Below, in pieces: positions 60,429-64,000 of a DNA stretch of 64,000 bases (its first letter is position 1; each line of letters starts with the position of its first letter). The notes beneath the pieces were generated by a model. The model was not told where the DNA came from, searched no databases, and was given only the letters and a program-made list of their open reading frames with translations. Position numbers and translations under genes: made by a program. The stretch covers positions 31,951-95,950 of the forward strand of contig JAHFOO010000003.1 of NCBI GenBank assembly GCA_023261645.1, read 5' to 3'. The stretch is from Candidatus Moraniibacteriota bacterium (GTDB lineage: Bacteria > Patescibacteriota > Minisyncoccia > Moranbacterales > UBA1568).

Positions 60429-61118
60429 CTATTTTCCGAGAACAATCGTGACTTGAGAAACGGAGGTTTCTTTATTTTTCGTATCGGCCGGTGATGTCTT
60501 CGCTTGTGGATATTTCTTGACGAAAGTAGATTTGATCATTTCTGCTTCCTTGTCGAGACCGGAAGCGAAATAAATGACGACTCCAGCGTAATCTTTCAAG
60601 GTATTCCCGGCTGTAACACTGGTATATCCTTCTCCCTTCAAGAAAGTAACGGCTACTCCGGCACTGCCTTTGGTTCCTCCGCCATTCAGGACGCTGATCG
60701 CTATTTTCTTGACGGTTGCGCTATCGATCGTATTCATTTTCTCATCAGGTTGTTTCGTCTGTTCTCCATCCGATGTCTTCGTTTCGTCGGCAGTACCGAC
60801 ATTTTGCTGTTCGTCCGCTTGCTGTGACAAGACGGATATGGATGGTTCGGCTTTCACCAAACGATTATTCCTCCATCCTACATAGACGCCCCATCCTATG
60901 GAAGCGATGCTCACTATCACGAAAAGTAGCATACAAGCAAACAAAATCCCTCCCCACAATGACTCGTATGAACGTTGAGAGGTTCTCTTCTCAGGTTGGG
61001 AATTGACTTCATTTTCTTCTGATTTTGTACTTGATATTTCCTCCGCCTCTGTTGGTATTTCTGACATAGATATTTTTCTTTTAAGTACTCTCATTATACC
61101 ACAGGAAACAAAGAACAA
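60429..61118 (-). CDS. Membrane-anchored LytR_C domain protein
   Basis: Transmembrane helix, then ISVLNGGGTKGSAGVAVTFLKGEGYTSVTAGNT...VVIYF typical of the LytR_C domain. Confidence 0.5.
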   Translation of the reverse strand: MFFVSCGIMRVLKRKISMSEIPTEAEEISSTKSEENEVNSQPEKRTSQRSYESLWGGILFACMLLFVIVSIASIGWGVYVGWRNNRLVKAEPSISVLSQQADEQQNVGTADETKTSDGEQTKQPDEKMNTIDSATVKKIAISVLNGGGTKGSAGVAVTFLKGEGYTSVTAGNTLKDYAGVVIYFASGLDKEAEMIKSTFVKKYPQAKTSPADTKNKETSVSQVTIVLGK

Positions 61119-61194
61119 AATTCAACAATGTCCTATTGAAAAAGATTCCAAAAGTTTTGGAATCTTTTTATGAGGAACATTGACATCTCAATCT

Positions 61195-62337
61195 TTACCG
61201 GATAGCTTTGGCGACAGCTTGTACCACTCGTTTATCGAAGGCTGTCGGCAGAATCGATTCCGCTGTCGGCTTCTTCATCAGTCCGGCCAAATTCTTTGCT
61301 CCTTCCATAAGCATCGCATCCGTAATCCTGCGTACCCGATGATCAAGTGCTCCACGGAAAATACCGGGAAAACCGAGCGAATTGTTGACCTGATTGGCGA
61401 AATCTGATCGTCCAGTGGCGACGACGAGAGCACCGGCATTCTTGGCCACATCGGGCATAATTTCCGGAACAGGATTGGCCAGAGCAAACACGATGGCTCC
61501 CGGCGCCATACTTTTGATATGGAGAGTGGTGACAGTACCTCCTTTTGATACACCGATAAATGCATCCGCACCGGAAAGGGCGGCACTCAAATCTCCATGA
61601 ATATTCCGTTTATTCGTTCGCTTCAAAAGCTTCTTCTTGTATGCATCCAAATCGGTACGTTTGCTACTGATGATGCCTTTGCTATCCACCAAAATGATAT
61701 TCCCTGCTCCGAAAAGAATGAGGAGATCCGCGATGGCCTGTCCTGCCGCACCCACGCCGGAGATGACGATGTTGGCCGTCTTCATATTTTTCTTCACTAC
61801 TCTGAAAGCATTGATCATTCCTGCGAGAACGACCATCGCCGTGCCGTGTTGGTCATCGTGCATCACAGGAATATCAAGCTCCTCTTGCAATCTTCTCTCG
61901 ATTTCGAAACAACGCGGAGCCGAGATGTCTTCCAGATTGATACCTCCGAATACTGGTGCGATATTTTTCACGGTCGCTATGATTTGTTCTGTATCCTGCG
62001 TAGCAAGCACGATCGGAAAGGCATCCACTCCAGCGAGTGCTTTGAAAAGCATCGCCTTACCCTCCATCACAGGAAGCGCTCCTTCTGCTCCGATATTCCC
62101 GAGACCCAGCACTGCTGAACCATCCGATACGATAGCTACCGTATTGCCTTTCATCGTATAGTCACGTACTTTGTCTTTGTGTTCTGCCAAATAGGTCGAG
62201 ACAGCACCCACGCCAGGCGTGTAATAAATACTCAGATCATCCTTGTTCTTCACGTTTGTTTTCGGTTTTATTTCGACTTTCCCTCGTAACTTTTTATGTA
62301 CTGCGAGTGCTCTTTTCCCGAAAACATTGGATGTCAT
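61195..62337 (-). CDS. NAD(P)-dependent malic enzyme (small, MaeB N-domain type)
   Basis: LSIYYTPGVGAVS, GSAVLGLGNIGAEGALPVMEGKAMLFKALAGVDAFPIVL and ISGVGAAGQAIADLL motifs. Confidence 0.85.
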   Translation of the reverse strand: MTSNVFGKRALAVHKKLRGKVEIKPKTNVKNKDDLSIYYTPGVGAVSTYLAEHKDKVRDYTMKGNTVAIVSDGSAVLGLGNIGAEGALPVMEGKAMLFKALAGVDAFPIVLATQDTEQIIATVKNIAPVFGGINLEDISAPRCFEIERRLQEELDIPVMHDDQHGTAMVVLAGMINAFRVVKKNMKTANIVISGVGAAGQAIADLLILFGAGNIILVDSKGIISSKRTDLDAYKKKLLKRTNKRNIHGDLSAALSGADAFIGVSKGGTVTTLHIKSMAPGAIVFALANPVPEIMPDVAKNAGALVVATGRSDFANQVNNSLGFPGIFRGALDHRVRRITDAMLMEGAKNLAGLMKKPTAESILPTAFDKRVVQAVAKAIR

Positions 62338-62357
62338 AAAATTTCAATATGAAAAAA

Positions 62358-62672
62358 TTACTTCTTTTTTGTCGTGTCAATTCCCAGTAGCTTGATAGTG
62401 AAATAAACAACCAGGGCAATGATAAAGAAGTCGATGGTCGTACTAATAAAATCCCCCCACAGAATCTCCACGTTCCGAATCATAAATTTTGCGTTCTTCA
62501 GATTTTCCGCATTCACCAATACCAACCCGATGAGCGGATTGATGATATCGGTCACGAGTGCCGTCACCATCTTGGCTACCGCACCGGCCAAGACGAACCC
62601 AACCGCCACCCCCACTACTCCTTGATTACGGATAAAATCCATAAACCCAGATACGTGTTCTTTGATATGCAT
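62358..62672 (-). CDS. mscL: Large-conductance mechanosensitive channel MscL
   Basis: MHIKEHVSGFMDFIRNQGVVGVAVGFVLAGAVAKMVTALVTDIINPLIG... with a K-rich C-terminus. Start placed at the ATG giving MHIKEH (62672), not at the track's longer ORF. Confidence 0.85.
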   Translation of the reverse strand: MHIKEHVSGFMDFIRNQGVVGVAVGFVLAGAVAKMVTALVTDIINPLIGLVLVNAENLKNAKFMIRNVEILWGDFISTTIDFFIIALVVYFTIKLLGIDTTKKK

Positions 62673-62742
62673 ACGAAAATATATTAACCGTTCCTTCCTT
62701 TTACAGTATAACATGAGGCGAAAGAACCCGTTCAAAGATCAT

Positions 62743-63468
62743 TTATTCTGAAGCCTTCATCGGTACATCAAGAGCCAAGATAAAGGCACCTTTCTTCGCT
62801 TGTACGTTGATTTTTTCCGTATCCCATATGCCGATGGCATCTCTTTTTTCCAGTTGCTTGCCCTCTGCAATCATCCCTCCTTCAATCACAAAAAAGTAGA
62901 CGCCATTCCCTCTTTTTTGCAGATCATACTCGATGCTCATATCGGTATCGAATCGCCCCAAAGAAAGAAATGCATCTTGATAGATGGGGAGATTTCCATT
63001 TTTCTCGCTTCCTTCCGGACCGACTATTTGATGAAAAGTATTTCTGAAAAGATGTGGGTTGAAAAGTTTCTGTGCATATCGCGGAGTAACACCCTTCACG
63101 CGTGTCAGTATCCAGATCTGAAGCAAAGAGATGCTCTCTGTTTCACTGGCATTGAATTCCGAATGCTCTACTCCCGTACCGGCACTCATCACCTGCACTT
63201 CGCCCGTCTCGATCGTTTCGACATTGCCCATACTGTCTTCGTGAGCGAGCGTACCCGAGAGAGGAATGGTGATAATTTCCATATCATTATGCGGATGTTT
63301 GCCAAAGCCTTCTCCCGAGGCGATTACATCATCATTGATCACACGAAGCACACCAAACCCCATTTTTTCAGGATTGTAATACGAAGCAAAACTAAAAGAA
63401 TGATGGGTTTCTAACCATCCCTGTTTCGCATATCCCCGTTCACTCGCTTTGTGTAAAACAGTCTGCAT
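62743..63468 (-). CDS. Pirin-family cupin protein
   Basis: GFGKHPHNDMEIITIPLSGTLAHEDSMGN and the double-cupin layout. Confidence 0.85.
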   Translation of the reverse strand: MQTVLHKASERGYAKQGWLETHHSFSFASYYNPEKMGFGVLRVINDDVIASGEGFGKHPHNDMEIITIPLSGTLAHEDSMGNVETIETGEVQVMSAGTGVEHSEFNASETESISLLQIWILTRVKGVTPRYAQKLFNPHLFRNTFHQIVGPEGSEKNGNLPIYQDAFLSLGRFDTDMSIEYDLQKRGNGVYFFVIEGGMIAEGKQLEKRDAIGIWDTEKINVQAKKGAFILALDVPMKASE

Positions 63469-63469
63469 A

Positions 63470-64000
63470 TTACTTATTGCGCGCGACTTTCAGAGCCTCG
63501 CCCCACCAGTGGAGCTGAGTAAACAGAGCTTCAGCCTTACTCTCCGACTGTTCGTCTACAGGCTTTCCATTTTCATCAAAGGCCTGCCACACTGAAGGAA
63601 TATAGAGCGCCTCGCGAATCGGTGCCATTTGCAGTTCTATTACCACCTGACGCAACTGTTCCACTGCTCGGCCACCGCCCAATCCTCCGCCATAACCGAC
63701 AAAAGCTACCGGCTTATTCACCCACTCGTTGTAGAGAAAATCCATGGCATTCTTCAAAACAGCCGAGTAACCATGATTATATTCAGGTGCCACTATGATA
63801 TAAGCATCTGCTTCTCCGATGGTAGCCGCCCATTTTTTGACCAAATCACCTTCGTATTCTCCAATCTTGGGGGCTTTGGCACTTGTAAAAAATGGTAGAT
63901 TCCATTCTTTAAGATCCAGGAGTTCTACTTCCCAATCCTGGCGCTTCCTGGCAAGCTCATAGATAAAATGAGCCGGCTTGTCACCGAACCTCCCATCACG
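63470..64000 (-). CDS. NAD(P)H-dependent FMN reductase family protein (N-terminus lies beyond the window end)
   Basis: Flavodoxin-like sequence YIIVAPEYNHGYSAVLKNAMDFLYNEWVNKPVAFVGYGGGLGGG. The reading frame stays open upstream of 63844 through 64000, so the gene is partial. Confidence 0.7.
   Translation of the reverse strand, partial: RDGRFGDKPAHFIYELARKRQDWEVELLDLKEWNLPFFTSAKAPKIGEYEGDLVKKWAATIGEADAYIIVAPEYNHGYSAVLKNAMDFLYNEWVNKPVAFVGYGGGLGGGRAVEQLRQVVIELQMAPIREALYIPSVWQAFDENGKPVDEQSESKAEALFTQLHWWGEALKVARNK

Noticed and set aside
1-64000. Alternative genetic code (TGA or TAG recoding)
   Set aside because: Well-defined genes terminate with TGA (for example 9493..11049), TAG (11054..11671, 11738..12421) and TAA. 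The single in-frame TAG at 44602 is better explained as a pseudogene.
1-64000. CRISPR arrays, cas genes, integrases/transposases, rRNA genes
   Set aside because: No spacer-repeat periodicity, no recombinase or transposase motifs, and no rRNA-like conserved blocks were seen. The only simple repeat noted is a (TA)6-7 run at about 13368..13381 and the 12-bp tandem duplication at 29451..29474.

Overview
This 64-kb window comes from a low-GC (about 40-45%) bacterial chromosome in which TGA, TAA and TAG are all ordinary stop codons. The mix of small hypothetical proteins, efflux genes and surface proteins makes it look accessory-rich, possibly from a candidate-phyla-radiation or other uncultivated lineage.

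Gene content, from start to end:
- A partial ECF sigma factor and a membrane metallophosphoesterase.
- A ThiF-type E1-like adenylyltransferase overlapping a tandem nitroreductase-fold protein.
- Two tandem membrane-anchored SGNH/GDSL hydrolases and a DedA-like membrane protein.
- A MacB-type ABC exporter with a periplasmic adaptor.
- An OlsB/FeeM-like N-acyltransferase, a PlsC-type acyltransferase, a phosphopantetheinyl transferase and a dedicated acyl carrier protein, which together look like an aminolipid or N-acyl amino acid synthesis module. A second MacB-type ABC pair follows on the opposite strand.
- A 2565-aa surface protein built of Kelch-like propeller repeats.
- A MarR regulator with an RND efflux pump and its adaptor.
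- Enolase.
- A heterodimeric ABC exporter with a MarR regulator.
- MltG.
- An MFS transporter with two HlyD adaptors and a MarR regulator.
- A hemerythrin.
- The dnaG-rpoD pair, where RpoD carries a lysine-rich N-terminal extension.
- A block of secreted and surface proteins in paralogous pairs, bracketed by LytR_C-domain proteins.
- Malic enzyme, MscL, pirin and a partial FMN reductase.

The most striking feature is a tRNA-Asn(GUU) gene on the minus strand (43634..44256). It is split inside the anticodon by a 548-nt group I intron that carries the conserved P, Q, R and S elements and encodes an HNH homing endonuclease.

Immediately 3' of this tRNA, a perfect 22-bp direct repeat of the tRNA 3' end flanks a 2.1-kb islet. 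The islet carries a GC-rich gene for a GNAT-GNAT-ASCH fusion protein and a gene for a standalone ASCH protein.

Next to it, a gene for a CHAP/NlpC-P60-like peptidase is interrupted by an in-frame TAG.
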